Below, one piece after another: positions 42,607-51,885 of a DNA stretch of 64,000 nt. The first letter of the stretch is position 1, and every line of letters begins with the position of its first letter. The DNA lies in NCBI GenBank assembly GCA_966424035.1, contig CBJLMA010000009.1:2275-66274 (forward strand). The letters are read 5' to 3'. Made by a program: the position numbers and the translations under genes. Source of the stretch: an uncultured Sphingomonas sp. Its GTDB lineage: Bacteria > Pseudomonadota > Alphaproteobacteria > Sphingomonadales > Sphingomonadaceae. Below the pieces are notes generated by a model that saw only the letters and a program-made list of their open reading frames with translations, did not search any database and was not told the DNA's origin.

Positions 42607-43904
42607 TGTCCTTTCATCGGGATGGGTCGTCCCTCGACCATGACATAGCCGACGCGTTGAACGGCCGTAGGATCGACCAACGGGTCTCCCTCGACTGCAA
42701 TCAGATCGGCGGATTTGCCGGGATCGAGAGTGCCAGTCTCGTTGGCAATGCCAAGGAGGTCCGGTCCGCCTTTGGTTGCCGCGATCAGCGCATCGCGCGG
42801 GCTCATGCCCCCCTTGGTGACCATCAGTTGGAGCTCTTTGTTGGCCTCGGTATGCGGTGCAACGGCCGAGTCCGTGCCGAGAGCGATCTTGACGCCGCCC
42901 CGGTAGGCCATGTTCAGGCCGCGACCCCAGATCGACAGCAGCTGGCGGCCTTTGGCCTCGCTTGCCGGTGTCAGAACAGCTTTTCCGAGCGCTCTCTCGA
43001 CGCCCGAGAAAGCCATTAACGTAGCGACGAAGTAGGTTCCGTGGGCCTTCATGTCGCGGACGCCCTGCGCATCGATCAAAGTCCCATGCTCGATCGAATC
43101 GACGCCTGCCCGCACCGCCGCATCAATGCCTCTTGCGCCATGAGCATGGGCTGCGACCTTCAGTCCGCTGAAGTGCGCCATATCCACGATTGCCTTCATT
43201 TCCTCGTCGGTAAAGTGCTGCTCGAGGCCCCGGGTGCCCGGATCGAGGACGCCGCCGGTGGCCATGATCTTTATGACGTTTACTCCCGCCGCAGCGAGCT
43301 GGCGTACGACCTTCTGGCATTCGGCCGGACCCGTGCAGACGGAGGAATTGAGGTGCGCTTCATTGATTGCGTTCGCCAATTCCGGAGCCCGGCCGGTGGC
43401 CGCATCGGCATGGCCTCCAATGATCGACAGCGCCGCTCCGGACGCCTGGATTCTTGGTCCAGGGTATGCTCCCTCGGCAACTGCGTCGCGTACCGCCAAA
43501 ATGGCGTTCGTATCGGCATCGAGGTCTCTTACGGTCGTGAACCCGCCACGCGCCATTTCGAGTGCGTGCACCAGTCCGCGCGTTACGGAGTAAGCGGCGG
43601 AATATTTCTGCGTGAGGTCTTCGTACCAGGGGCGGCCGGAGTCGAATGTCAGATGGACATGCGCGTCGGTCATGCCCGGCATGACCGTTCGGCCGCGTTC
43701 ATCCACTACGATTGCGCCCGGCGGAGCGGTGAACCCCGGCTCGATGCGCGCAATTCGTCCTTTGTCCACGATGACCGTCGAGTTTCCGCGCTCGGGCTGG
43801 GCGGCATCGACGATCAGGTGGCCAGCCTGGATGGCATAGGTTTGGGCATGCGCTGCTGCAGCAACGGACAGCGCTGCAACGCCTGCTAGCAAGGCTTTGA
43901 ACAT
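42603..43904 (-). CDS. Metal-dependent amidohydrolase (Xaa-Pro dipeptidase-like), secreted
   Basis: MPGMTDAHVH, GFTTVRD, AAHAHG, SIEHG, GTD. Confidence 0.9.
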   Translation of the reverse strand: MFKALLAGVAALSVAAAAHAQTYAIQAGHLIVDAAQPERGNSTVIVDKGRIARIEPGFTAPPGAIVVDERGRTVMPGMTDAHVHLTFDSGRPWYEDLTQKYSAAYSVTRGLVHALEMARGGFTTVRDLDADTNAILAVRDAVAEGAYPGPRIQASGAALSIIGGHADAATGRAPELANAINEAHLNSSVCTGPAECQKVVRQLAAAGVNVIKIMATGGVLDPGTRGLEQHFTDEEMKAIVDMAHFSGLKVAAHAHGARGIDAAVRAGVDSIEHGTLIDAQGVRDMKAHGTYFVATLMAFSGVERALGKAVLTPASEAKGRQLLSIWGRGLNMAYRGGVKIALGTDSAVAPHTEANKELQLMVTKGGMSPRDALIAATKGGPDLLGIANETGTLDPGKSADLIAVEGDPLVDPTAVQRVGYVMVEGRPIPMKGQ

Positions 43905-43953
43905 TGGTTCCCCTCCGGACGAGGAGAAAGGCTTAACGCCGCCGGCTCCCGCT

Positions 43954-45555
43954 TCAAGTTACCAGCGAGAGGAGGCTCGTCACTCGGTCGGCCTCAGCCG
44001 CCGGTTTGTCGATCCGTATGCGGCTGATGCGCGGGAAGCGCATTGCGAGTGAGGATTTGTGGCGCCTGCTCTTGTGGATCGAATCGAAGGCGACCTCGAG
44101 GACCAGGCTCTTCTCGACCTCGCGCACCGGACCGAAGCGCTGGATCGTGTGGCCGCGGATCCAGCGGTCGAGCCATTTCAGCTCCTCGTCGGTAAAGCCG
44201 AAATAGGCCTTGCCGACAGGAACCAGCTCACCCTCTTCGGTCCAGCAGCCAAAAGTATAATCGCTGTAGTAGCTCGAACGTTTGCCGGACCCGCGCTGGG
44301 CATACATCAAGACGCAGTCGGCGGTCAGCGGATCGCGCTTCCATTTGTACCAAAGGCCTGCGCGGCGCCCAGCGACATAGGGGCTGTCGCGGCGCTTGAG
44401 CATGATACCCTCGATCGACACGTCCCGTGCGTTTAGACGCAGGTCCTCCAGCTCCTCGAAGCTTTCGGCTTCGATCAATTGCGAAACGTCGAATCGTTCT
44501 GCGTCAAGGCGAGCGGCAAAGGATAAAAGACGGCCGCGTCTCTTCTCCCATGTCAGTTCGCGCAGGTCCTCTTCGCCCTCGAACAGCACGTCGTAGAGGC
44601 GTACGAATGCAGGATAGGCGCCGAGCATTTTCTGGCTGACAGTCTTGCGGCCGAGCCGTTGCTGGAGCGCATTGAAGCTCGCCGCAGCTCCCCCGTGCAG
44701 ATCGGCGACACCCTGGTCGGAGCCGCGCACGAGCAGTTCGCCGTCGAGCACGCCGGGCGTCAGGAATGCTTCGGCAATGTCCGGAAAGCTCGCCGAAATG
44801 TCATCGCCTGTGCGGCTGTAGAGCCGCGTCTCGCCGCCGGCATGAACAAGTTGGACGCGAATCCCGTCCCACTTCCATTCCGCGGCATAATCATCGAGCG
44901 GGACCTTGGCCTGTTCGAGCGGATGGGCGAGCATGAACGGGCGGAATACGGGCATTCCGCGCGCTGCCGGTTGTTCGGCGCGGCCCTCGGCCCAGTCGAA
45001 GAGCTCCGGGAACGGCGGCCTCAAACCGTGCCACACCTCCTCGACTGCTTCGACCTGGAGACCGAAGGCCTGCGCCAGGGCCTGCTTGGCGAGGCGCGCA
45101 TTGATGCCGACACGCAGTTCACCGAGCGCGAGTTTCAGCAGAGCGAACCTGCCGGATGCGTCGAGATGGTCGAGCATCGCTGCAAGCACGCGCGGAGCAT
45201 CCAACTTCGAAGCGGATCGGAGCCGATCGATCGCTTGCGATATGCGGATCGTCGAATCATCCAGTTCGGACGGCTCGGTGCTGCATTTGGGCCAGAGAAG
45301 CGAGATCGTTTCGGCAGTGTCGCCGACATAATCCCGACTCATGTGGAAGAGGACCGGATCGATCCGCTCCTCGACCAGCGCGCGGATCGCGGCAGGCTTC
45401 ACATGCGCGATGTCGAGCGTCCCGGTGAGCGCTGCGAGGCCGTAGCCGCGGTCAGGGTCGGGCGTCTCTTTGAGATAATCGCCGATGAGCTTGAGCTTGG
45501 TGTTGCGCGAGCGCGTATAGACGAGGTCGTCGAGCAGCTGCGAAAAGGCGCGCAT
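43954..45555 (-). CDS. ATP-dependent DNA ligase (cisplatin damage response family)
   Basis: EWKWDGIR, EGIMLK, WYKWK, AMRFPR. Confidence 0.93.
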   Translation of the reverse strand: MRAFSQLLDDLVYTRSRNTKLKLIGDYLKETPDPDRGYGLAALTGTLDIAHVKPAAIRALVEERIDPVLFHMSRDYVGDTAETISLLWPKCSTEPSELDDSTIRISQAIDRLRSASKLDAPRVLAAMLDHLDASGRFALLKLALGELRVGINARLAKQALAQAFGLQVEAVEEVWHGLRPPFPELFDWAEGRAEQPAARGMPVFRPFMLAHPLEQAKVPLDDYAAEWKWDGIRVQLVHAGGETRLYSRTGDDISASFPDIAEAFLTPGVLDGELLVRGSDQGVADLHGGAAASFNALQQRLGRKTVSQKMLGAYPAFVRLYDVLFEGEEDLRELTWEKRRGRLLSFAARLDAERFDVSQLIEAESFEELEDLRLNARDVSIEGIMLKRRDSPYVAGRRAGLWYKWKRDPLTADCVLMYAQRGSGKRSSYYSDYTFGCWTEEGELVPVGKAYFGFTDEELKWLDRWIRGHTIQRFGPVREVEKSLVLEVAFDSIHKSRRHKSSLAMRFPRISRIRIDKPAAEADRVTSLLSLVT

Positions 45556-45588
45556 CGCGCCCTTTAATGCATGAATTGGCCTCGAGTG

Positions 45589-45897
45589 TCAGTGCAGACG
45601 GACAGCAAGCGCTGCAAGGATTGCAGTGCAGTCGCCGTCGGAATGGCTGTCGAGCGCCTCCTCGACATGTTCGAGGCAGGACTGCATTGCAACGCGGTGG
45701 CCGGGAAGGAGCGCACGCTGCGCCGAGGAGCGCGCGAGATTCTCCAATGCCGCGAGCCCGTGGGCGGCCGCGAGCTGTCGGATCGCGTCCATACGAGCGT
45801 GGAGATCGAGCGGCGAGAGGCGCGGTCCGGCGCCGCGGATTTCGGCAATCCGCAGGCCGACCTCCTTGCGAATTGTGGCGAACGCGTCTGCGGCCAT
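45589..45897 (-). CDS. Hypothetical all-helical protein
   Basis: Strong RBS AAGGAGG upstream of the ATG; 102 aa; fills the gap between the ligase and rpmG. Confidence 0.75.
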   Translation of the reverse strand: MAADAFATIRKEVGLRIAEIRGAGPRLSPLDLHARMDAIRQLAAAHGLAALENLARSSAQRALLPGHRVAMQSCLEHVEEALDSHSDGDCTAILAALAVRLH

Positions 45898-45936
45898 GGC
45901 CTGCCTCCTTGATTGAATGGAGGCTCTCTCAAATGG

Positions 45937-45952
45937 GTTAACAGCTCATTAC
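45937..45952. promoter_or_regulatory. CtrA-like binding site
   Basis: TTAA-N7-TTAC on + (GTAA-N7-TTAAC on -); GANTC sites at 45959 and 45972. Confidence 0.55.
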
Positions 45953-46053
45953 GGACCTGAGTCGGTTGACAGAATCGCTCCTGTTCGTCATTGGACCGCG
46001 CGACTTGAGCGGCCGCGGCCGCTTTTTTCTTTTTCAGGAATCGGGATCGACCC

Positions 46054-46221
46054 ATGGCCAAGCCGGCAACCGTCAAGATCAAGCTCGTCAGCAGCGCGGA
46101 TACGGGCTTTTTCTACGTGACCAAGAAGAATCCGCGGACTCAGACCGAGAAGCTGAGTTTCCGCAAGTACGACCCGGTCGCGCGCAAGCACGTCGAGTTC
46201 AAGGAAGCCAAGATCAAGTGA
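46054..46221 (+). CDS. rpmG: 50S ribosomal protein L33 (missing from the ORF track)
   Basis: [55 protein letters not shown], 55 aa. Confidence 0.98.
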   Translation: MAKPATVKIKLVSSADTGFFYVTKKNPRTQTEKLSFRKYDPVARKHVEFKEAKIK

Positions 46222-46320
46222 TGCGCTGAGCGCTTGTCGCTCGGAACGAACTCACCTGCTTTTCAACTGCCTTGTTCATGGATGCTGACAACTTCATCCA
46301 TGACCGCTTCGGCCTGGCCG

Positions 46321-46803
46321 CTAGGCTTCTTCGCCTCCGGCCTCGCCGGGCCCCGGGCTCTCTCCCGACTCGTTGGCGCGACTCTCGGGGTTGTCGATCT
46401 CCGGCTCGTCCTTCGCGCCCTCGGTGGCACCAGCCTGGTCGTCCCTTAGCAACTGATCCACGGTTTCGGCAAAGCGCACGACCGAAATCGGCTTCGACAC
46501 ATAGGCCTGCGCGCCCGCAGCGCGGATCCGCTCCTCGTCGCCGCGCGCCGAATAGGCCGTAACGGCCATGATCGGCACCTCGGCGAGCCGGTCGTCCTTG
46601 CGGATCATCCGAATGAGATCGAGCCCGCTCACATGGGGCAGCTGGATGTCTGTGATCACCAGGTCCGGATCGAACTGGCGCGCTGCGTCGAGCGCGTTGC
46701 GGCTGTCGGTCACCGCCTCCGGCTGATGGCCATGTGCGGCCAGCAGATCGCAGAACAGCTTGATGTTCAGCGCATTGTCCTCGACGATCAGGATCCTGGC
46801 CAA
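46321..46803 (-). CDS. divK: Single-domain response regulator, DivK-like, with acidic C-terminal tail
   Basis: ILIVEDNALNIKLFCDLL, DIQLPHVSGL, AVTAY, YVSKPISV; located between DUF3572 and rpmG as for divK; TTG start. Confidence 0.75.
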   Translation of the reverse strand: MARILIVEDNALNIKLFCDLLAAHGHQPEAVTDSRNALDAARQFDPDLVITDIQLPHVSGLDLIRMIRKDDRLAEVPIMAVTAYSARGDEERIRAAGAQAYVSKPISVVRFAETVDQLLRDDQAGATEGAKDEPEIDNPESRANESGESPGPGEAGGEEA

Positions 46804-46839
46804 ATCTTCCTCACCAACCAATTTGAGCAGTCTTAAGCC

Positions 46840-47115
46840 TTGCGGCGCCGAAACCAAAATGATCCGGTAGCTCTTGCCCTTGCCGCGCTCGCGGCAACGC
46901 TTGGATGCGAACGTCGGGCTCAGCGGTTCATCCATCTGACCGGAATCGGGACGGATGAACTCAGGGCCAGAGCAGCTCAGCCAGCGCTGCTAGCTGCATT
47001 GCTGGGCTTTCTGGAGGCGCACGAGCCCGACCTCCTGTCGGTTTCGGCGGAGCTTGGCGTCGAGCCAGAAGACCTCGTAGAGGCGCGGCGCGAGCTCGAG
47101 GAAGGAAGCAGATGA
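46840..47115 (+). CDS. DUF3572 family protein
   Basis: ALALAAL...RFIHLTGI...LLAALLGFLEAHEPDL. Confidence 0.85.
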   Translation: MRRRNQNDPVALALAALAATLGCERRAQRFIHLTGIGTDELRARAAQPALLAALLGFLEAHEPDLLSVSAELGVEPEDLVEARRELEEGSR

Positions 47116-47855
47116 AAACCATCCTGATCACCGGCGCGACTTCCGGATTCGGCGAAGCTGCAGCGCGCAAGTTCATCGCCGGCGGTTGGCGCGCGATCGG
47201 TACCGGTCGTCGCGCGGACCGGCTGAAAGGGCTGCAAACCGAGCTCGGCGATTGCTTTCTTCCGCTTGAAATCGACATGCGCGAACGCGGGGCTGTCGAA
47301 AGCCTCGCGCGGCTCGACGCCCCATGGGGCGAGATCGACTTGCTGCTCAACAACGCCGGACTTGCACCACCGACCACTCCACTTCCGGAGACGGAGTGGG
47401 AGCGGCTGCAAACCGTGATCGATACCAACGTAACCGGATTGGTCGTCCTGACCCGAGCGCTCCTTCCGAAGCTCATTGAACGCAAGGGGCAGATCATCAA
47501 TCTTTCGTCGGTTGCAGCGACCTATCCCTATAAGGGCGGTGCGGTCTACGCGGGGTCCAAGGCCTTCGTTCGCCAGTTCTCACTCGACCTCCGCTGCGAC
47601 CTCGAGGGGACCGGCGTCCGCGTCACTTCGGTCGAGCCGGGGATGGCCGAGACCGAATTCACGCTGGTGCGAAGCGGCGGGGACCAGCAAGCGTCGGATA
47701 AGCTTTACGCGGGTGCCGATCCAATGACCGCAGAAGACCATGCCGAGCTCTTCTGGTGGCTTGCGAACCTGCCGCCGCACCTCAACATCAACACGATCGA
47801 GCTGATGCCGGTCCGCCAGAGCTGGGCCGGCTTCGCAGTTCACCGGGAGGCTTGA
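47112..47855 (+). CDS. SDR family oxidoreductase (YdfG-like)
   Basis: TGATSGFG, NNAGLA, YAGSK, NINTIELMP. Confidence 0.92.
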   Translation: MKTILITGATSGFGEAAARKFIAGGWRAIGTGRRADRLKGLQTELGDCFLPLEIDMRERGAVESLARLDAPWGEIDLLLNNAGLAPPTTPLPETEWERLQTVIDTNVTGLVVLTRALLPKLIERKGQIINLSSVAATYPYKGGAVYAGSKAFVRQFSLDLRCDLEGTGVRVTSVEPGMAETEFTLVRSGGDQQASDKLYAGADPMTAEDHAELFWWLANLPPHLNINTIELMPVRQSWAGFAVHREA

Positions 47856-47887
47856 TTCGCGCTCGCGGCAGTGCTTGGGGCGGCGCA

Positions 47888-48349
47888 ATGAGCATCGACC
47901 AGCGCCTCGCCCAACTTGAAATCACCTTGCCCCAGCCCGCGGCTCCAGTGGCGGCCTATGTGCCCGCCGTCGAGCAGGCTGGTCTACTCCACATCTCAGG
48001 CCAGGTCAGCTTCGCCGAAGACGGCAGCCTGATCAAAGGGCGACTGGGCGAAGACATGCATCTTGACGGCGGAATCGCCGCTGCACGACGGTGCGCAATC
48101 ATGCTGCTCGCGCAGATCAAGGCCGCGCTCGGCTCGCTCGACCGCGTCGAGCGGGTCGTGAAACTCTCCGTATTCGTGAATAGCGCGCCGTCCTTTACCG
48201 ATCAGCCCAAGGTCGCGAACGGCGCTTCTGAACTGATGCAAGATGTCTTCGGCGATGCGGGTCGGCATGCGCGAAGCGCGGTCGGAGTTGCGGTGCTTCC
48301 CCTCGGAGTTGCGGTCGAAGTCGACGCGATCGTCGCGGTGAAGGCCTAG
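47888..48349 (+). CDS. RidA/YjgF family protein
   Basis: SGQV, PKVANGASEL, HARSAVGVAVLPLGVAVEVD. Confidence 0.92.
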   Translation: MSIDQRLAQLEITLPQPAAPVAAYVPAVEQAGLLHISGQVSFAEDGSLIKGRLGEDMHLDGGIAAARRCAIMLLAQIKAALGSLDRVERVVKLSVFVNSAPSFTDQPKVANGASELMQDVFGDAGRHARSAVGVAVLPLGVAVEVDAIVAVKA

Positions 48350-48382
48350 TTCATCGGCCAGCGTCTACCCAGTTAGGCGCAA

Positions 48383-49522
48383 ATGGCCGACCGCGAAACC
48401 GAGATCATTGCCAAGATCGCCTCTGGCGTTGCCCCCTTGAACGCCCGCGCCTGGGATCGCCTGTCCGGCAGCAACCCGTTTGTGAGCCACGCTTTTCTCT
48501 CGGCGCTCGAGGATTCGGGGAGCGTCGGCCCAGGCACCGGGTGGACGCCCGCGCCGATCTTGGTCGAAGACGATGCCGACCATCTCATCGCCGCTGCACC
48601 CGCTTACCTCAAGAGCCATAGCCAAGGCGAATATGTATTCGATCACGGCTGGGCCGAGGCCTGGGAGCGCGCGGGCGGCGAATATTATCCCAAGCTGCAG
48701 GTTGCAGTGCCGTTCACGCCCGTGCCCGGCTCGCGGCTGCTCGGGAATCGCCCGCAACAGCTGCTGACTGCAATCGAGGCCGTCACGGTTCAGAACGAAA
48801 TGTCGTCGGCTCATATCAGCTTCATCGACGAAGCCGGCGCAGCCGAGTGCGAGCGCCGCGGCTGGCTGATCAGGCACGGCGTCCAATATCATTGGTTCAA
48901 TCGCGGCTATTCGAGCTTCGAAGACTTCCTCGCGAGGCTCAGCAGCCGCAAGCGAAAGGTCCTGCGCAAGGAGAGAGCTGCCGCCGTGGCCGGGCTCGAG
49001 ATTCGCACCCTACGCGGATCCGAGATCGGCTCCGCCGAATGGGATGCGATGTGGACCTTTTATCAGGACACCGGATCGCGCAAGTGGGGCCGCCCTTATC
49101 TCACGCGCGAGTTCTTCGATCTCGCCGGCGAGCGGATGGGCGATGCGGTGCTGCTGTTCCTCGCCTATCGCGACCTGCGGCCGATTGCCGGAGCACTGAA
49201 CTTTGTCGGGCGCGATGCGCTCTACGGGCGCTATTGGGGCTGCACCGAGGAGGTGCCCTTCCTTCATTTCGAACTCTGCTATTATCGGGCCGTCGAATGG
49301 GCGATCGATCATGGGCTCAAGTGCGTCCAGGCTGGAGCACAAGGCGAGCATAAGATCGCCCGGGGCTACGAGCCGGTGATCACCAACAGCACACATTTCA
49401 TTCCCAATCGAAGCTTCAGGAGCGCAGTCGCGCAGTTTCTTGAGGCGGAGCGCGCGGGTGTCGCTGCCGAGGTCGAATGGCTACGGCGGGACCTGCCCTA
49501 TCGCTCGCTTTCGTCCGAATAG
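48383..49522 (+). CDS. GNAT/FemAB-like protein (DUF482)
   Basis: HSQGEYVFDHGWA, YYPKL...PFTP, LYGRYWG, LHFELCYY, GAQGEHK. Confidence 0.92.
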   Translation: MADRETEIIAKIASGVAPLNARAWDRLSGSNPFVSHAFLSALEDSGSVGPGTGWTPAPILVEDDADHLIAAAPAYLKSHSQGEYVFDHGWAEAWERAGGEYYPKLQVAVPFTPVPGSRLLGNRPQQLLTAIEAVTVQNEMSSAHISFIDEAGAAECERRGWLIRHGVQYHWFNRGYSSFEDFLARLSSRKRKVLRKERAAAVAGLEIRTLRGSEIGSAEWDAMWTFYQDTGSRKWGRPYLTREFFDLAGERMGDAVLLFLAYRDLRPIAGALNFVGRDALYGRYWGCTEEVPFLHFELCYYRAVEWAIDHGLKCVQAGAQGEHKIARGYEPVITNSTHFIPNRSFRSAVAQFLEAERAGVAAEVEWLRRDLPYRSLSSE

Positions 49523-50424
49523 ATCAGGACTGTCCGGCCGGTCGCATCGGCCATTGCGCGGTACATCGCCGGAGTGGTGAAGCCCCAGGCTGCGTCACCA
49601 TTGGGTGCAACTGCAATCAATCCGCCCTTTCCGCCAAGAGCCTCGACATCCGCAAGCACGGCATCGAGAGCCTCCTGAATCGGCTGCCCGCAAAGACGCA
49701 TGCGCTCGGCGAGCTGGTGCGCCGCCACCGCACGGATGAAGAACTCGCCCGAGCCTGTCGCCGAAACTGCGGCCGAGCGGTCGTCGGCATAGGTGCCCGC
49801 GCCGATCAGCGGCGAATCGCCGACCCGGCCCCAGCGTTTGGCGGTGAGCCCGCCAGTCGAAGTCGCGACGGCGACATGACCTTCAATGTCGACAGCTACA
49901 GCACCCACGGTGCCATATTTGACCTCATCGTCGAAACCGTCTGCCGCGAGCAGCTCCTCGAGTTGGCGCCGCCGCTCCGGGATCTCGAACCAATGATTGT
50001 CGACCTGTTCAAAACCATGGTCGCGCGCAAAATCGTCGGCACCATGGCCGGACAGAAAGACGTGGGGCCCTTTCTCGAGGAGTCGGCGCGCGAGGCTGAT
50101 CGGCGCGCGGGTGGTCCTGAGGCCCGAGACCGCACCGGCGGAGCGCGTGCGCCCGTCCATGATTGCGGCGTCGAGTTCGACGCAGCCTGCCGCCGTAAGC
50201 ACGCTCCCCCGGCCGGCGTTGAAGCACGGCTCCTCTTCGAGCGCGCGCACCGCCGCTTCGACCGCGTCGAGGGCGCTTTCGCCCTTGCTCAAGATCGCAG
50301 CCCCGGCAGCGAGCGCGGTCTCGAGGCCTTCGAGGGCCAAGCGTTCGTGGTCGGGATCGACCCTCCCGCGCCGCATCGACCCCGCCCCTCCATGGATCAA
50401 AAGGCGCCAGCCGGTTTCAGTCAT
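49498..50424 (-). CDS. Isoaspartyl peptidase/L-asparaginase
   Basis: IHGGAG, FNAGRGS, GTVGAVA, TSTGG, GRVGDSP. Confidence 0.94.
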   Translation of the reverse strand: MTETGWRLLIHGGAGSMRRGRVDPDHERLALEGLETALAAGAAILSKGESALDAVEAAVRALEEEPCFNAGRGSVLTAAGCVELDAAIMDGRTRSAGAVSGLRTTRAPISLARRLLEKGPHVFLSGHGADDFARDHGFEQVDNHWFEIPERRRQLEELLAADGFDDEVKYGTVGAVAVDIEGHVAVATSTGGLTAKRWGRVGDSPLIGAGTYADDRSAAVSATGSGEFFIRAVAAHQLAERMRLCGQPIQEALDAVLADVEALGGKGGLIAVAPNGDAAWGFTTPAMYRAMADATGRTVLIYSDESER

Positions 50425-50462
50425 GCGCCGAGCATTTAGCCGCACCTCCTGAAGTGCGCCAG

Positions 50463-50501
50463 TTGACTGCAACTATCATCAGATATTATTATGATATCAT
50501 A
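50463..50501 (+). promoter_or_regulatory. Sigma70-type promoter with palindromic operator upstream of the SPFH operon
   Basis: TTGACT (50463), TATTAT, perfect palindrome TATGATATCATA at 50490-50501, then RBS AGGAGG. Confidence 0.7.
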
Positions 50502-50515
50502 TTTAGGAGGAAAAA

Positions 50516-51418
50516 GTGGCGAACGGGAAAGTCATCGCGCTAACTGCGACGAGCGAGCGATCAGCATCCACTTACAACGGTTACCTCATGCTGCTCCTGC
50601 TCCTGCTCGCGATTGTCGGAGACCTGTGGGGCATCCGGCAGCTCGCTGGCGACGCCGGCCAGGCGGCGGGACTGATCATCGCAATTGCCGCGACCTTGGT
50701 CTTCGTCCTGGTCCTGCCGGGCTTTTACATGCTTCAGCCCAATCAGGCGGCAGCGATCACCCTTTTTGGAGAATATCGCGGTACCGACCGTGCGACCGGC
50801 CTCAGATGGACCTGGCCATGGATGGGCAAGAAGAAGGTCTCAGTACGCGCCAACAACTTCATTTCCGACAAGATCAAGGTCAACGACCTGCGCGGCAATC
50901 CGATCGAGATGGCAGCGCAGATCATGTGGCGGGTGGTCGACACGGCGCAGGCGCTGTTCGATGTCGACGATTATAAGCAGTTCGTTCGAGTCCAGGTCGA
51001 AGCAGCGATCCGGACCATCGGTTCGCGCTATCCTTATGACGATTTCGATCATCAGGAGATCAGTTTGCGCGGCAACCATGACGAGGTCGGAGCTGCGCTC
51101 AAGACCGAATTGATCGCGCGGCTTGCAGTCGCCGGAATCACCATCGACGAATGCGGCTTCACTTATCTCGCTTATGCAACCGAGATCGCCGGGGTCATGC
51201 TCCGCCGACAGCAGGCACAAGCGGTGGTCGCGGCCCGCGCGACGCTCGTCGAAGGTGCGGTCAGCATGGTCGAGATGGCGCTCGCCTCGCTGTCCGAAAA
51301 GAAAGTGGTCGAACTCGACGACGAAAGACGCGCAGCGATGGTTTCCAACCTGATGGTCGTTCTATGCGGCGAACGCGACACCCAGCCTGTCGTCAACACC
51401 GGCACGCTCTACCAATAG
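50516..51418 (+). CDS. SPFH/band-7 domain membrane protein
   Basis: Two N-terminal TMs, KVNDLRGNPIE, MLRRQQA, MVSNLMVVLC. Confidence 0.93.
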   Translation: MANGKVIALTATSERSASTYNGYLMLLLLLLAIVGDLWGIRQLAGDAGQAAGLIIAIAATLVFVLVLPGFYMLQPNQAAAITLFGEYRGTDRATGLRWTWPWMGKKKVSVRANNFISDKIKVNDLRGNPIEMAAQIMWRVVDTAQALFDVDDYKQFVRVQVEAAIRTIGSRYPYDDFDHQEISLRGNHDEVGAALKTELIARLAVAGITIDECGFTYLAYATEIAGVMLRRQQAQAVVAARATLVEGAVSMVEMALASLSEKKVVELDDERRAAMVSNLMVVLCGERDTQPVVNTGTLYQ

Positions 51419-51427
51419 GCCCGAGCA

Positions 51428-51631
51428 GTGCCGGACGGCGAGCGCAAGGCGTATCCGCTTCGCGTCGATCCCATCCTCTGGACGGCGGTCGAACGCTGCG
51501 CTGCCGCCGATTTGCGCAGCGTCAACGCCGAGGTCGAATGCCTGCTTCGCGAGGCACTTGCGGCGCGCGGAATCAGGCTCAAGGCGCCGGTCCGACGAAA
51601 GCGCGGACGACCGGCCAAGGAGGACAAATGA
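51428..51631 (+). CDS. Arc-like ribbon-helix-helix DNA-binding protein
   Basis: RKAYPLRVDP...AAADLRSVNAEVECLLREAL. Confidence 0.88.
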   Translation: MPDGERKAYPLRVDPILWTAVERCAAADLRSVNAEVECLLREALAARGIRLKAPVRRKRGRPAKEDK

Positions 51632-51885
51632 TGAGCGACGAGGGTCCATCATGGTTCGCGCCCAAGCGCTACGGCTACGGCTCCGGCCCGCCGATTTGCT
51701 GGCAGGGCTGGGCGGTGACAATCCTTTTCGTGGCGATCGTGATCGGCACGAGCTTCATGCTGAAGGACAAGCCGCTCGCCCTCGTCGCGATTCTGGTCCC
51801 GATCACTTTCCTCTTTTGCCTGATCGCCGCCCGCACGACGCGTGGCGGCTGGCGCTGGCGCTGGGGCGAAAAGGACGACGCCTAG
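51628..51885 (+). CDS. Small 2-TM hypothetical protein
   Basis: WFAPKRYGYG...WQGW, two TMs, GGWRWRWG; ATGA-coupled to the Arc-like gene. Confidence 0.8.
   Translation: MMSDEGPSWFAPKRYGYGSGPPICWQGWAVTILFVAIVIGTSFMLKDKPLALVAILVPITFLFCLIAARTTRGGWRWRWGEKDDA

Noticed and set aside
46253-46350. Possible frameshifted continuation of the DivK-like tail (ARPEAKKPSGQAEAVMDEVVSIHEQGS)
   Set aside because: No slippery site or homology evidence; the annotated frame ends normally.
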